DNA from: Diplonema japonicum
Taxonomy: Eukaryota > Protista > Euglenozoa: Diplonemea
Assembly (NCBI GenBank): GCA_964019335.1
Contig: OZ025706.1
Span: 310,001-374,000 of the forward strand
Length of the DNA stretch: 64,000 bases
Direction: 5' to 3'
Each line of letters starts with the position of its first letter. The stretch's first letter is position 1. A program made the position numbers and the translations under genes. This document shows, piece by piece, positions 32,359 through 44,612 of the stretch. The notes below the pieces were generated by a model. It ran no database searches. It was given only the letters and a program-made list of their open reading frames with translations, and was not told the origin of the DNA.

Positions 32359-34370
32359 TCAATATTCGATACCGCTTTTAGAAGATCTAGGTTTTTCAAG
32401 GAAGTTCTCACGGAAATTATCGTCGAGGGCGAAACTGGTTCTTGCACGGGAGGGCTTGGAGGCGAGTAGGAGGAGGGGGTCGGTCGTGGTGACCTGCCTC
32501 CGAAGGGTGGAGTTCTGCTGCATGAGCCGTGACCGCTCTCGTTCGCTCCTCTCTAGCTCAAGCTTGCATTGGTGCCAACATATTTTTGCATTGTGGCATT
32601 CCGCCACCAGCTGACTATCCCTGTCCATGAGCCGTGTGCTGTTGTCGGTTGTGATTCGTAGTTCACGCATCAAGTCCTCTTGTTTTTCTCTTACGCGCGA
32701 GTTTTCGTCTTCAAGTAGAACCTTTTCTTCTTTCAGGTTCCTCACGTCCATCTCGCTTTCATAGACAGAATCCTTCAACATCTGCACCTCCTTCACATGA
32801 CTGTCACGGTCCTTCCTCCTTGCCATGCTTTCTTCTTCGAGTTTAGCTGACAATTCTGTATACGCAGATTCCCTGGATCGTATCTCCTCCCTGCGACGTT
32901 TGGCTTCATTTTCCATGCCAGACTCAACCATTTCCTTGTTTTCCTTTAAAACGACCAGATCGTACTCCAGGGTGTCAATGCGTTTCTTGTGGTCTCGATG
33001 GGCCTTTGCGAGATCAGTGGATGCTTGTGATTCGATAGCTTCCTTTTCCCGTTCCAGGTTGGCGATTTCGGTGTTAAGAGCGGTGATCTTGTCTTGGTAC
33101 TGAGTGAGGCGGGCGTATCGTTCTTGAGAGGTTTTTTCAGCCCGCTCGCATTTTGTCACTAGGCTGGTCATTTCTGCTTTTTGGGTGTTCAGTTGCAGCT
33201 CCAGCTCCCTGATTGTGGTGTTCTGCTGGAAGATATGTTTTTCAGAGTCCAAACGAACTCTGTCAAGGTCATCGCGGAGCTTAGCATCGGCTGTTTGATT
33301 TGCCTGTTAAGTGTGCTGCGTGACACAATTGGTGTCATACCTGCTGCACTGCAAGAGGCACCACATCGATTTGCTTGTTGAAGTCGCTTCTGATCTGCGA
33401 TTTTGTTTCTAATGCTTGCATCTCTTTTTCTCTCAGCTGTGAAGAAAAAAAAAATTTTTTTTGGGGGGGAAGAGGATCGTACCGTCAGCTCGCTTTCGTA
33501 CTCCGCTCTCTCCCTCGCCTGTTCCGCGATCACCCAGTTGAGCTGCTTTGTCAGTTCTTGTCTTTGAATCTCCTGGAACTGCAGCGATTTCTGGTATGCC
33601 ACCTCCGCTCCCTGATCCTTGTCCATCAAACGGGAGTTCAGGGTGTCCATTTGTTTCTGAAGAAGCTCGTTTTTTCTGCGAGATTCGTCGCTGTAGGTAG
33701 GTGTTTATATATTAATTTCGTCGGATGCATACTAGTTTTTTCGCAGGAGGGTGACCTCTTCTTGGTTTTTCTTGATGAGGTCGATCTTTCCCTTGTCGTG
33801 CTCGGATGTGAGCGAGTGGGTGTGGGACGTGAGCTTGTTGCGGAGCTGTTCGATTTTGCTGAGGTACTCCTCCTCGAGCTCCTCCCACTCACGTTTTTCT
33901 GCGAGGACAACACGGTGCTCCTTTCGTTCCTTACGCAGCTCGATCTCAAGCGACTCCGTTCTATTCTGCAACATGGTGGCCTCTGCACGCAGGGCCTCTA
34001 TCCTCTCATCGCTCAACGAGTTCCTCCTCCCAGACATCTGCGGTGCGGTGTGCGAGCTAAACTCCCTCATTCTTGCGTTCTCTTCATTCGCATCGAGCAA
34101 CGCCTTCCGAAGCTCGTTCTCCGTCGTAAAGTCACTAGGGATCGCTACTTCGCTGCCGAGACTTTGCCTCGCCCTCAGCAGCTCCTCCTCGCTCGGTTCC
34201 CTCCCCAACCTTTGCCTCTCTCTGTCTTGTATCAAATAATGCGCCAGCTTGCTCCATGTGTCGAGCCTCTCTTGCTGCTGCCTCAGCTCCCTCATCAGAT
34301 CGCTGCTCTGAGAATCCGCGACAGGGTTCGACCATGGCCCCGTGTGCGTGGCCTCAGGTATGTGTGACAT
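32359..34370 (-). CDS. Long coiled-coil protein; introns 33691-33732, 33437-33482, 33304-33340
   Basis: Heptad E/K/R/L-rich ORF segments joined in frame by three GTA..CAG introns. Confidence 0.75.
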
Positions 34371-34478
34371 ACCCTTCTCCTTCTCCTCCCCTCACCTGCG
34401 GGTGTTGTGTATGACAACCAGAAAAAAAAACTGAAAATTCAACTAAAACTGTACAAAAAAAAATTTTTTTTTTCTTCT

Positions 34479-35168
34479 TCATCTAGGTGTACCCGGTAGA
34501 GAATAACTCTGCGGGTATGGTACGGGCGTTGAGGTATGTGGAGATGGTACAGTGTCCGGGGTGCGGGGTGTCCTTGGGTGGAGTTTTTTGGGACCCTGTG
34601 TTTTGGAATGGACCAAAGAGGAGATGGTAGCTGTGAAGGTTGGGGGTGACCACTTACAAGAACAGGTCGGTGGGGTGGTGCTGCAGGCGTGCTGCGTGAC
34701 GTATGCCAGTTTGGAAGATAGCTGGCCGAGACGCTCATCACGAGCCTCGAGAAGAGTTTTAGACTCATGGAGGTCTTTGGCGACGGTCCCGAGGCTTCGA
34801 GAGATTTTTTCACTGTACTCTTCAGATCTGCTTAGTTGTTCCTGAAGCTGGTCTGCAAGCTCTTGCAACTGTTTGATGTAAACAGTTTTTTCCTCGCACT
34901 CCGGCACGCATTGCCTCACGTTTTCTTGCTTTTTTGGCTTTTCCTGCACAGGTATGGGTCGCTTCCCTCTTCGCCCCAGCATGAACCCCACGCAAAACAC
35001 CGCAACCCCGACCCCCACCATCCCCACCTTCTCTTCCCAGCTTACTTCGGGGCAGGTTTGTTTCTCTTTCTCTTCTTCTACCAAGCTTTCCGAGATCAGG
35101 AAAGCCATGTAGCACAACAACAACAACATGATCAGTCCTGCAGAAACAGTCATGTAGGGCGTAGACAT
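34479..35168 (-). CDS. Hypothetical membrane protein (2 TM) with coiled coil
   Basis: Two hydrophobic segments followed by a heptad region. Confidence 0.6.
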   Translation of the reverse strand: MSTPYMTVSAGLIMLLLLCYMAFLISESLVEEEKEKQTCPEVSWEEKVGMVGVGVAVFCVGFMLGRRGKRPIPVQEKPKKQENVRQCVPECEEKTVYIKQLQELADQLQEQLSRSEEYSEKISRSLGTVAKDLHESKTLLEARDERLGQLSSKLAYVTQHACSTTPPTCSCKWSPPTFTATISSLVHSKTQGPKKLHPRTPRTPDTVPSPHTSTPVPYPQSYSLPGTPR

Positions 35169-35351
35169 TTTCTTTTCTTTTATTTTTTTTTTTTAAATTA
35201 TTATTCCATTCCGGTTGGTTTTGTCTGTCGCATCCCTTCTGTGTAAATAAATTTAGATAGACCCCTCCCCCCGAAATTAGAAATAGGAAAAAAATAAAAA
35301 AAAATTACATTATTTGCTCTACAAAAAAAGAAAAAAAAAGAAGAAGAAATT

Positions 35352-36416
35352 CTACATTTCAATTTCAGCACGCTGGCGTTGCATCTTAGCCCACGGGGTG
35401 GGGATGGGTGCGGCTCGTGGGCGGGTTCTTGTGTAGGTGATAATTTTCTCCTTGGAGTGAGTGGATTGACACAGCGCTTGGAGATCTTTGCTGGCACTGG
35501 CCACATCAGGGTCGAGGCCTGTAATGGTGATGATGTGCGATCCCCAGAAGTCTCCCTGCTCAGATTCGATTTGGACGCTGTACTTAGCTCGAAGCGCTTG
35601 AAACCCGTACCCCTGGACGGTGACTGCACCACGCAGGGCGCCTGTCGGGAGCGCAAAATATTTTGTGACGATTTTCGCCGATTTTTTCGGTTTGCTCAGC
35701 TCGGCGAAGTATTTCTCCCGTTCAAGCCGAGGAGCTGAGGGGACGTTGCTGTTTTTCTCCTTAATGCTCAGCTGCAGGGCTTTAATCTCTTCTTCTTGCT
35801 CAGCGACGACTAACCGGAGTTCTGCGTACTCTTGCTCCACAGCTTGTCGGACGTACAAGGCCTGTCCGGACTTGATACACCTTTCCTTCAACATGTTTAT
35901 GTGCAGCTTATCTTTCTCTATCAGTTGCAGGATCTCTTCTTCAAGACGAACAGTTTCAGAGTTTAGTTTCGCGAGTGTTTCGGGGTACTTCTTGTTCTTT
36001 CGTTTCAGTTTCAACAGTGTTGCTTCTGCCTCGTCTCGCAGTTTTCTTTCTGGTATGGCTGGCGTCACGTCTAGCAGTGTCTGGTTCCTCTCCAGTTCCA
36101 GTGCGTGTGTCTCGAGCATGATGCAGGAGAGTTCAGCCTGCGAGCCTTTCACGTTGTCGCGGGTTGTCTTCATTGTCTCTATCGCAGATCTTGTCTCGTC
36201 CTTGCACGTGAGGATCGCGCTCTCGAGGTCGGCCGCCTTTTCTCTGGTGCGTTTGAACTCTTTTAGAATCTGCATGGCCTGTTCCTTGGCGCTCTTCCCC
36301 GCGTCGCCATTCGCCTCAAGGATCCGCTTATCCAATTCGTCATCTAACGTGTTCAAGAGGTTTTCAAATCGACCCGCCTCGACCAGGACCTCTTCGGGTG
36401 TTGCTGTGGACGACAT
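35352..36416 (-). CDS. Coiled-coil protein with a C-terminal degenerate KH-like domain
   Basis: Heptad repeats, then FALPTGALRGAVTVQGYGFQALRAKYSVQI..ITITG, which has KH-like spacing but no canonical GxxG. Confidence 0.6.
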   Translation of the reverse strand: MSSTATPEEVLVEAGRFENLLNTLDDELDKRILEANGDAGKSAKEQAMQILKEFKRTREKAADLESAILTCKDETRSAIETMKTTRDNVKGSQAELSCIMLETHALELERNQTLLDVTPAIPERKLRDEAEATLLKLKRKNKKYPETLAKLNSETVRLEEEILQLIEKDKLHINMLKERCIKSGQALYVRQAVEQEYAELRLVVAEQEEEIKALQLSIKEKNSNVPSAPRLEREKYFAELSKPKKSAKIVTKYFALPTGALRGAVTVQGYGFQALRAKYSVQIESEQGDFWGSHIITITGLDPDVASASKDLQALCQSTHSKEKIITYTRTRPRAAPIPTPWAKMQRQRAEIEM

Positions 36417-36546
36417 TTCTTTTTTTTTTTTTTTTTTTCCCACAGCTTTATTTTTTTTTTACATAAAAAACTTATTGTATCTCTACCTTTAAAGAAACAA
36501 AAAAATCGATATATGCATTCCCTGTGTACGGAAGCACGGAGGGACG

Positions 36547-37368
36547 TTAAATGCAATGAGGAGCCACAACACCTGGGAAGTCGGTGATGATGGAAGTCGA
36601 TCGCCCCGCTGCTCGCAGGGCCTCCTCCCTCGAGTTCACAACCCATGCCGCGACCAGAACTGTCCCCCTTAGATCCGTTCCCCGACACCCCTCGACCACC
36701 GTTTTACTCGGCATCACCATTGAGTACTTCGAGGGGGCCGCACCTGCTGAGCAGTACCGAGACTCGTCCCCACCATAAGATGCTTCCTTCACAGGGAGGG
36801 AAAGTTTTATATTACCATTGGAGACGTATGATGCGTACGGTGTTATCAAAGCAAGGTACGGGAATCTCTCTTGATAAGAATCGATAATGTCTATGATGTG
36901 TGTAAGGTGCGGTGGGGATGCGAGGCGGCCCTTCGGCTCCAGCGTGACTTGCAGTGCTTTCAAGGTTGCAAGTAAGTCGAGAATTCGAAAAAGCTTCTTT
37001 TCTTCGATTTCTCCCAGCTCCTCTGAAGTATAGTTTTGAACCTCCTTCTCCAGTTTTAACTCTTTTTTTAAATCCACTGGGTGGCCCACCACCATTACGC
37101 TGTCTGTAGTGATACTGACATCCAAGTCAAAGCACCGCACTCCCACAGTCTGTGAGAGGTGTGCAATCCCTTCACCTGTGTCTTTCCTTACCCCTTTATG
37201 GCTGCACACGAGGGGGGAATCCTCGTCCCCTTTCACTACCCGGCAGGTGGTTGGTGCGGCGGTCGCATTGTGTTTTTTACTCACCATCGGTGTGCTCCTC
37301 GATTTTCGACGCAAGACCAAGCAACCCGCGCAAAGGACAGCTATAAAAAAAAGGCTGTTTTTTTTCAT
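36547..37368 (-). CDS. Glycerophosphodiester phosphodiesterase-like protein with signal anchor
   Basis: VCSHKG, FDLDVSITTDSVMVVGH, TLEPK, AAWVVN and IITDFP match GDPD TIM-barrel motifs. Confidence 0.75.
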   Translation of the reverse strand: MKKNSLFFIAVLCAGCLVLRRKSRSTPMVSKKHNATAAPTTCRVVKGDEDSPLVCSHKGVRKDTGEGIAHLSQTVGVRCFDLDVSITTDSVMVVGHPVDLKKELKLEKEVQNYTSEELGEIEEKKLFRILDLLATLKALQVTLEPKGRLASPPHLTHIIDIIDSYQERFPYLALITPYASYVSNGNIKLSLPVKEASYGGDESRYCSAGAAPSKYSMVMPSKTVVEGCRGTDLRGTVLVAAWVVNSREEALRAAGRSTSIITDFPGVVAPHCI

Positions 37369-37762
37369 TGGTTCCCCCCCCCTCCTGGGTGAGTTGGTTG
37401 ATCGGAAAGAAAAGAAAAAAAAAAAAAAAAAAAAAAAAGAGACATTTAAGGGTACCAAAAAAAAAAGAGAGCAGAAATGGTGGCAATTCGTTAGCAGAAA
37501 TGCCGGCAATTCGTTATTGTATGCGATGCAAATAATCTTCTTTTTATTCTAGGAGGGAAAAAAAAAAGAAGAAGAAGAGAGGGAAAAAAAAAAGAGAGAG
37601 AATACCCGCCGTGTCACACAAACAAATTTTGCTCATTCTTTCTTGTTCTTCTTCTTTGTTTCTCTCTCTCTCGCTCTTTTTTTTTTTTTTTTTTTTTTGA
37701 TTCAGCGCTCTTTGTAAAAAGAATGCAAAAAATTGGAAGGAAAAAAAAAAAGAAAAAAAAAA

Positions 37763-38100
37763 CTCGATCTATTTTCGCGGTGCGCTGGTTGGTGCCCACC
37801 GTGGACTGGGGATCCTACACGTGCCTGTCACCATTCTGCGGTTGCATCCTGGTGCCGGCCGTCGGGGTTTGCCTGTCCGTCATGGACGGCATCTGCGCTA
37901 AGAACATCGGTCGCAGTCCCTCCAAATAGGGAGCTGTTTGGGTTGACGAGAACAAGGGTCTCTTGTCGTAGCCATGCATCGCTGGTGCGCCCAGGTTTCT
38001 CAGGGAGTGTACTCTGGTCATCCTTCCTGCCTGAAAAAAAAAAAAAAAGGCCTGTTTGTTCGTGCCGGGGTAAAAACTTGGAGAAGGTTTGTAAAACCCA
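37763..38100 (-). mobile_element. Composite remnant: family-B-like end, poly(T)-CAG, then an ORF C-terminus paralogous to 13183
   Basis: 38049-38100 resembles half of family B. Translation HSLRNLGAPAMHGYDKRPLFSSTQTAPYL..PQNGDRHV* aligns with ORF 13183..13533. Confidence 0.65.
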
Positions 38101-38182
38101 CAAAAAAACAAAACAAAAACAAAAACAAAAACAAAACAAACCCCCCCCCGGCGTCATTTTATTTCCCCCCCCCCCCCTCTCC

Positions 38183-40366
38183 TCATATGCTTTCATCAGT
38201 CCACACAGCTTCCTTCAACAAAGGAAGAGAAACAGCGCGAGAACGGCTATCAAACTGGAACACGGAGACATTCATCATCTCACCGTCCTGACGAATCTTC
38301 CAGTCAGTCACATGCTCCATTTTATCCTCGAGCTCATCGTCTATAGAGTTTGGAATGAGTGAGCAGTAAAGGCACAAGGTCTTCGTTGTTGCCGCCTGCG
38401 CAAGGAGCGAACTGGCAAGAGCAACACAGGTTCCGTGCACGGTGAAGAACCGTTGTTTGGTTCGGCCAAGAGTGCCCCCATACATTAAACCGTTTGAAAG
38501 CCCGACGAAAGTGTTGAAAAAGCCTGGTTTTGACTGCATTTCACGGAGCAGCTCGAGAAATTTAAAGCTGTTCTCAATGTAGTTAACACACGGGCGGGAG
38601 ATGTTCCAGCTGACGTCCAACGTGCTCCCTTGAACAGACATCAAAACCCCTTCACTCCTCACAGCAGCAGACATCACGCGCAACACAACTTCGTTAATAT
38701 CGCAAAACGACTCTCCGGTATACAACTCGCTGACGATGTCCGCCTTGCAGTAGGAACCGTTTGATACATGCGACACCTCTGCACCAAGTTTTGAGTATAG
38801 TTGAGCTTTCTCCATGGTGCTCATTCCGTTGCGGTCGTTGCGGTCGAGGAAAAGCTGTTCTTCGATAAACTGCCGTCTTCCGCCATGCGCTTCTGGAATT
38901 AGTACAAACCCGTCAACAGGGCTGGGGGAGCCTTTTAAGGACACACCGTCCATCGGGATCATTAAAACAGCGCCGAGCATTTCGCAAAGGCCTGTTTCGA
39001 AATCGTCATCGTCGAGATCGTGGCTCGGAGCGACAAGTTGAAGAACTTTCGACGTCACCGCCATGGAACCGCCTACACATTCCCGTTCCATACGGGATGC
39101 CGTGTTGACGGTGTCGCCGAAATAATCAATGCGTTGGGTTACCTCGTTTAGTTTCGTTGTGACCGCACCGTGGTGGACTCCTATGCGTACACGGAGTCCG
39201 CACCACGGCCCGTCGTTGTCCCATGCGTAGAAAGAGAGGTCTGTTAGATCCTTCGGCCATTTGCTGTTCAACAAGCGTTCCTGCACCGTGAGCCCGAACC
39301 GGCACGCGTCCACACAGTTCTCAAACGCCAGCATAAAAGTGTCGCCGACAGTCTTCACCTCGTACCCCTCGTACCGATACGCTGCTGACCTTATAACATT
39401 GTCATGAATGTCAAGAGATCTTTTCATCCCCGACGGGCAGTTATCCCATGTATGTGTTGAGTCATGTATATCTGTGAAGACAAGGGAGGCCTCGTCAAAG
39501 TACACATGTTCTGATACGGAGATGCTTGAAGATATTGTGGGGCATAGCGACTTTCTGTTGAACAGCTGGTCTGGTATGAAAGGGCGGTATTCGTTGAGGT
39601 GGGTGAGGATGTCGCGGAAGGATTTCCGAAGCTCGTCAGGGAGGGTGGAGGCGTCGAGGGTCTCCTCCGCCTCTTCTAGGTCGAACCGCATTAGAGACTT
39701 CGCGATCATCTCCACTGAACGGATCGTGCTCTGCATCTTTGCCCTCTCTGTATGAAACTTCGTTGCAAAACCCCTTGTGAAGTGGTGCGCCAGTAGAACC
39801 ACCCCGATGGGCACGTAGCTTATCAAAAACGTGTTGAAAATCCCTCTGAAACAAGGTATTTCACCGCAATCATGGCCTTTCATCCTTTCCCCAGCGCTCG
39901 TCAGAATGGGGAGGCTGTACAACCCCAGCGGCGAGAACGCCAGTTCCAACGCTTGCACGACAATCCAAATCAACAAAATACCGATTAAAATCATCGCGGT
40001 TCGAGGAAGCTTGCAAACCAAACTAATATCCACCAAGACGATGTAATAAGGCCAGCCCCTTACACCACCATCCATGGTTATGGTGTGCAGGTCGAAGAGC
40101 AGGTATGCTGTTGCATACATATATATGCATACGTTGCAATATAAAGGGGTTGCTTCTGCTGAGTAGAATTGGTATGTAAGGCCCAGTATGGATACCGCCA
40201 GGAGCTGAGCTGAGAAGATGTAAAGCACCAAGGGGCTTTCACCCGATACCATGCCGAGCAGCCCTGTCACCAGAGAGAGAAGATGCAGGAACAGAAACGA
40301 CCTCTTCACCACGGTGTGAAATGGCGTGCTGTTCTCCATTTTTAAATGGGATATAAAACGTTTCAT
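38183..40366 (-). CDS. Multi-pass membrane class III adenylate/guanylate cyclase with a second degenerate cyclase-like domain
   Basis: About 6-7 TM helices; LVFTDIHDST, GYEVKTVGDTFM, LRVRIGVH, DYFGDTVNTASRME. Confidence 0.9.
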   Translation of the reverse strand: MKRFISHLKMENSTPFHTVVKRSFLFLHLLSLVTGLLGMVSGESPLVLYIFSAQLLAVSILGLTYQFYSAEATPLYCNVCIYMYATAYLLFDLHTITMDGGVRGWPYYIVLVDISLVCKLPRTAMILIGILLIWIVVQALELAFSPLGLYSLPILTSAGERMKGHDCGEIPCFRGIFNTFLISYVPIGVVLLAHHFTRGFATKFHTERAKMQSTIRSVEMIAKSLMRFDLEEAEETLDASTLPDELRKSFRDILTHLNEYRPFIPDQLFNRKSLCPTISSSISVSEHVYFDEASLVFTDIHDSTHTWDNCPSGMKRSLDIHDNVIRSAAYRYEGYEVKTVGDTFMLAFENCVDACRFGLTVQERLLNSKWPKDLTDLSFYAWDNDGPWCGLRVRIGVHHGAVTTKLNEVTQRIDYFGDTVNTASRMERECVGGSMAVTSKVLQLVAPSHDLDDDDFETGLCEMLGAVLMIPMDGVSLKGSPSPVDGFVLIPEAHGGRRQFIEEQLFLDRNDRNGMSTMEKAQLYSKLGAEVSHVSNGSYCKADIVSELYTGESFCDINEVVLRVMSAAVRSEGVLMSVQGSTLDVSWNISRPCVNYIENSFKFLELLREMQSKPGFFNTFVGLSNGLMYGGTLGRTKQRFFTVHGTCVALASSLLAQAATTKTLCLYCSLIPNSIDDELEDKMEHVTDWKIRQDGEMMNVSVFQFDSRSRAVSLPLLKEAVWTDESI

Positions 40367-40568
40367 TTTTTTTTTTTTTTTTAATACTACGGGGGTTTTT
40401 GGCGGTGTTTGCAAAGCCAAAATAATATATATATATATATAAAAAGATTTTAAAATGGGGGTAGGGGGGGAGGATGGTTGTAGGGAGGGGTATAACAGTT
40501 CAAGAAAAAAAAAAAAAAAAAAAAAAAACACTCACGTTTGTAAAACTCAACAGTAAAAAAGACGCACA

Positions 40569-43302
40569 TCACCTCCTCACCCTTGCCTTCTCTGAGACCT
40601 TATATAACTCAATTAGGTTCCCTCCATTTAGTACTATCTCATCATCGGTGTCGAGCTGTGTGTGTTTGTTTTTTTTTTTTTCTTTTTTTTTTCTTACCAA
40701 CGCCATATCCGTCTGAGTTAGGATATCGAAAGCAATCACCATGATCTTGACCCCTATGTAGAGTTTTCTCAATTCGTGAGATTGCAGCCTAGGCAGGACA
40801 TAGTCTAACGGCCACAAGTCATCCTTGCCCAAGGCAGACTGTCCACTGACCCGGACCACCACAGCCTTAATCTCCATATGTGCTTCAAGGAAAACCTTTG
40901 AAGCATGTGACGCGCGACACTTTTCAGTTACCTTCATGATTAGATCGCGGTCTTTTTTTTTTTTTTTTTTTTTTTTTTCCCTTCTTCCCCCCCAAGAAAT
41001 ATTTCTACCTTGTTCGAAATTCAACGACAGTTCTTTTAATTTTGCCATAATGTCTGCAAACTGCTCGAAAATCGATTTTTCGATCACTTTTTTTTTTTTT
41101 GAAAAAAAACCCCCCCCCCATACTTTTTTGCCTATCGATCCTCTCCCTCAATGCCTTCTTCCTCGCCTCCATTTTCTTGATCTTCTCTTCAGCCTCAATT
41201 TTTCTTCTTTTCATGTCTTCCACCTTTAAGGCGAGTTCCTGTTCTTGTTTCCTGAGATCGGGGAAGGTCTGCTCCAGTTGTTCCGCAAGCAGTTTTTCCT
41301 GTTTTAACGCGAGTGCATCGTAGCCGGTGGACATGGTCTCTGAGGACCGGAGGATTCTGCACAGTTTCAGCTTTTCGTAGTAGTCCCGGAGGAGCTTCAT
41401 ATCGTACCCATTGCCCATGGACTCGCAACACTGTTTCTTGGCTTCTTCCATTTGGTATTGTTTCACCTTGTCAACGAACCGCTTGTAGTACGCCTCCTGA
41501 AGCTCACGATCGGTTTTGTCACGGAGGACGGACGAGAGGTGCTGTTTTTTCTTTGCTTCTTTGCGCTTCATCGCGTGCCTGTATAGCTTACCGTAGTAGT
41601 AGTGCTTGAGGTCCTTGGAGTTGGCATCAAGGAGCTTCCCAGAGAGCTGGTCAATTTTTACAAGCGATCTTTTCTTTTTTTTATGTTCTACAAGCGCCCG
41701 GTAGCCCCTGCTTAAAAGCCCCATGTTGGTGTTGCATAGTAGTACATCGACCAGTTTCTCCTTGTTTTTTTTGCGCCTCACTTTATCTTGGAATTTCTTC
41801 AGCTTATCCCAGTAGATTCTCAGGAAGGATTTTTCGCTCAACGCTGCGATGTGCGTTGCGAGGTTCCGCCGCCGTCTTGCTGCCTTAGCCTCCTTCGCGG
41901 CATCTCGGAGGGCCGAGAAATAGTCCTTCGCAAGGTCGAAAACAGTGTTCCTCTCAAGCAAATTTTGCATGGTGTGTTGTCTTCTCATCTCCTTCTTCCG
42001 TATCAGCCATTTCACCCAGTTCCAGTAATACACATGCCTTAGGTTAACGTCTGTCCTGTCTCGGAGGACGTTGGTTAGGGCTTCCTTACGCTTGTGGTCA
42101 CGGCCTTTGACCTTCGTGATCAGTTCTTTCCATTTTGTCGATTCTTCGTCGTCCTGGACGGTGATTGTCCGCATCTCGTTGGCCGTGTGTTCCATCTCCT
42201 CCGCGGCGACGCTGTGAGACGCAAACCACGATACATTCTTCCCGTTGCTCCCTACAGACCACAGTCTCTGTGCTATCCACGGCGTGAACATTGCAAGCCC
42301 TGTTATGTCCGCCACAGATCTAAAATTGTCTGTTTCCTCACATAGGGTAAACGGCGGTGTTGTTTCCATACTGCAAGCCCACCTGTGCACAAGGGTGTCG
42401 GACACTGACCAGACTTGGTTTGAAGCGGTGTCCGGGTGCATGGAACGAATAACCTCAACGCCATGGAGATCCTCACGGGTGTGGAGTAGTACCGGACCGT
42501 TTGACACATCTGCGTTCCAACAATGAAGCACGTTTTCAGACCCCGCGGAGAACAGATAGTTTTTGAAGCATAACATACTAGACACCGTGGCGTTGGGGTG
42601 TGCCTCCCATTGCCCGATGACATTGAGGTGGGTGTTCAAAGCGATGACGGTACCAAGATGATCACCGACGAAAACATGCGAAGCGGAGGAGGTTAGAGCT
42701 GTGAGCTTCGAATCGGGCTTGTGCGAAGTCAGCTTTTGAAATGACGCCTCTTCACCACTCCATTTGACAACGAGATCGGAGCAAATACTGTACATGATTT
42801 GCTCTGTTTCATCGTATGAAAAATCGAGGACAGGAGAAGTGTGGACTACATGGCGTCCCACCAAGACAGCGATTATATTGTCGTAGACCTCCACACCACC
42901 GTCTTCAGCTCCTACCCAGACGTGTGCGCCGTGAGCTGACATTTTTGTCATTAAAACGGTTTCGTTATCGCGTTTGACGGTGTGGTGGATCTCGCCGTTG
43001 GAAGGGTCGCGGATTGCGACTTCGCCGGTCTCTTCTGCGGTCCATAATGATGCACCACCGTGTACTACAGCCACCGCCTTCACCCCTTTTGCGTTGAATG
43101 TTTCTACCTTCTCACACCTCATGGGCTTAAGGTCTACCAGCTCTGTTTTTACAGTACAGTCCACGTACTTGTACGCATAGTGCCCTACCTGAAACTTCGT
43201 TGCGTAACCACCGCCTACTCTTGGAGCCATGGCATCCACAACAGGCTTCTGGGACGATGCCTCATAATACATACTGTCAGTGTCTGAGCCTATGTGCGTC
43301 AT
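40569..43302 (-). CDS. WD40 beta-propeller plus helical-repeat/coiled-coil protein; introns 41087-41123, 40952-41008, 40656-40697
   Basis: WD-like repeats (HVWVGAEDGGVEVYD, YLFSAGSENVLHCWN) and repeated LxxYYxKL units; the introns restore the frame to the stop at 40569. Confidence 0.75.
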
Positions 43303-44364
43303 TTTAGCATATATATATATATATATATTTTTTTTTTTTGTTGTTGTGTATGTATGTAGGTCTGAGGGGGGGATTTTTTTATATTATGATAAAAGATGTA
43401 AGGAAAATAGGGGGGGGGGGGGGTGGATATAAAAAAGGGCTATAAAAAAAAAGGAAAAGAAAATGACTCTAATGCCGGTGTTAAAAAAAAGTTTTTTTTT
43501 TTCGAAGGCCTGCTTCGCAAGCGCATAGTTAGAACTTAAAAAAAAGGTAAGCTAGGGAAATAAAAAAAAAGGGGGAGGGGAACATAACAAAAAAAAGACG
43601 AACGGGAAGAGAGAAGGGGGAGATGAGAGGGATGTAAAAGAGAGAAAAAAAAAGAGCAGAAGAAAGAAAGAAGAAAGAAAAAAGAAAAAAGGTTGGGCTA
43701 TAGAGGGATGTTTTTTTTTTCTTTTTTTTTTATTTTTAAATAGCACCCTACGGGTGCTGGGAAATAAGTATTCAACACGATCTCGTGTTTCTTTCGTCCA
43801 GGATTGCAATAGCTTTTAGCAACCGGCCAAGGTTTGCCCTATTTTCTTTGTCACGGACCGAATGTCTTGCTGAAATAAATATTCCCTTTTGTGTTTTTTT
43901 GGGGGGGGGTTTTCTTCTTCCTTTTCTTCTTCTTCTTTTTTTTTTGCTTTTTTTTTTCCTTTTTTTTTTCCTTCTCTTTCCTTCTTCCTCCATTGGAACT
44001 AAGATTCCATTTTTTTTTTTTTTCCACCGGTATTTTTTTTTTTTTATTGGGGTGAAAATACCATTTTCATTTTATTCTCCCCCAGAACGCGGGGGAAGCA
44101 GCATTACATAAGAAAGAAAGAGAAAAATAAAAAAGAATAGAAAGAAGAGAAAACAAAAAACGGGACATTTTTCGGGGGGAGGGGAGAGGAAGATGGGCAA
44201 AAAAAATGGGGGGTGATAGAAGAAAAGAGGTACACCACAATTTACTGGTTGTACAAAGTCACCTTTAGCTCCGTAGATTATTTCGACTCTTTTCCTTTTT
44301 TCCCTCCCCCCGATGTAAAGTTCGAACAAAGGGGGGGAATAAATTCCCCTTTCTTCTTCTGTTC

Positions 44365-44395
<31 letters not shown>

Positions 44396-44612
44396 TTTTT
44401 TTTTGCCCGTGACCCCACCCTACCCGCACCCGGCTTCCCCCCTAATAGTTTTTTTTTTTTTTCTCCCAATAGTGTTGCGAAAACTCAGTTCGCATTTTTT
44501 TTTTTTTCTTCCGATTCATTTTTTTTTTTTTCCCATTTCTTTTCTTCGGGGAGAGGTACAAAAAAAAAAAAAAAAAAGAGAGGAGGGGAACATGAAAAAA
44601 GATGACATAAAC

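Noticed and set aside
33375-34367. Long plus-strand ORFs (also 35620..36492, 45621..46283)
   Set aside because: They are antisense shadows of minus-strand genes.
34371-34495. Fusion of ORFs 34479..35168 and 33732..34370 by splicing
   Set aside because: The candidate acceptors tested give an out-of-frame join or an immediate stop; the CAG at ~34396 is more plausibly a 5' processing site.
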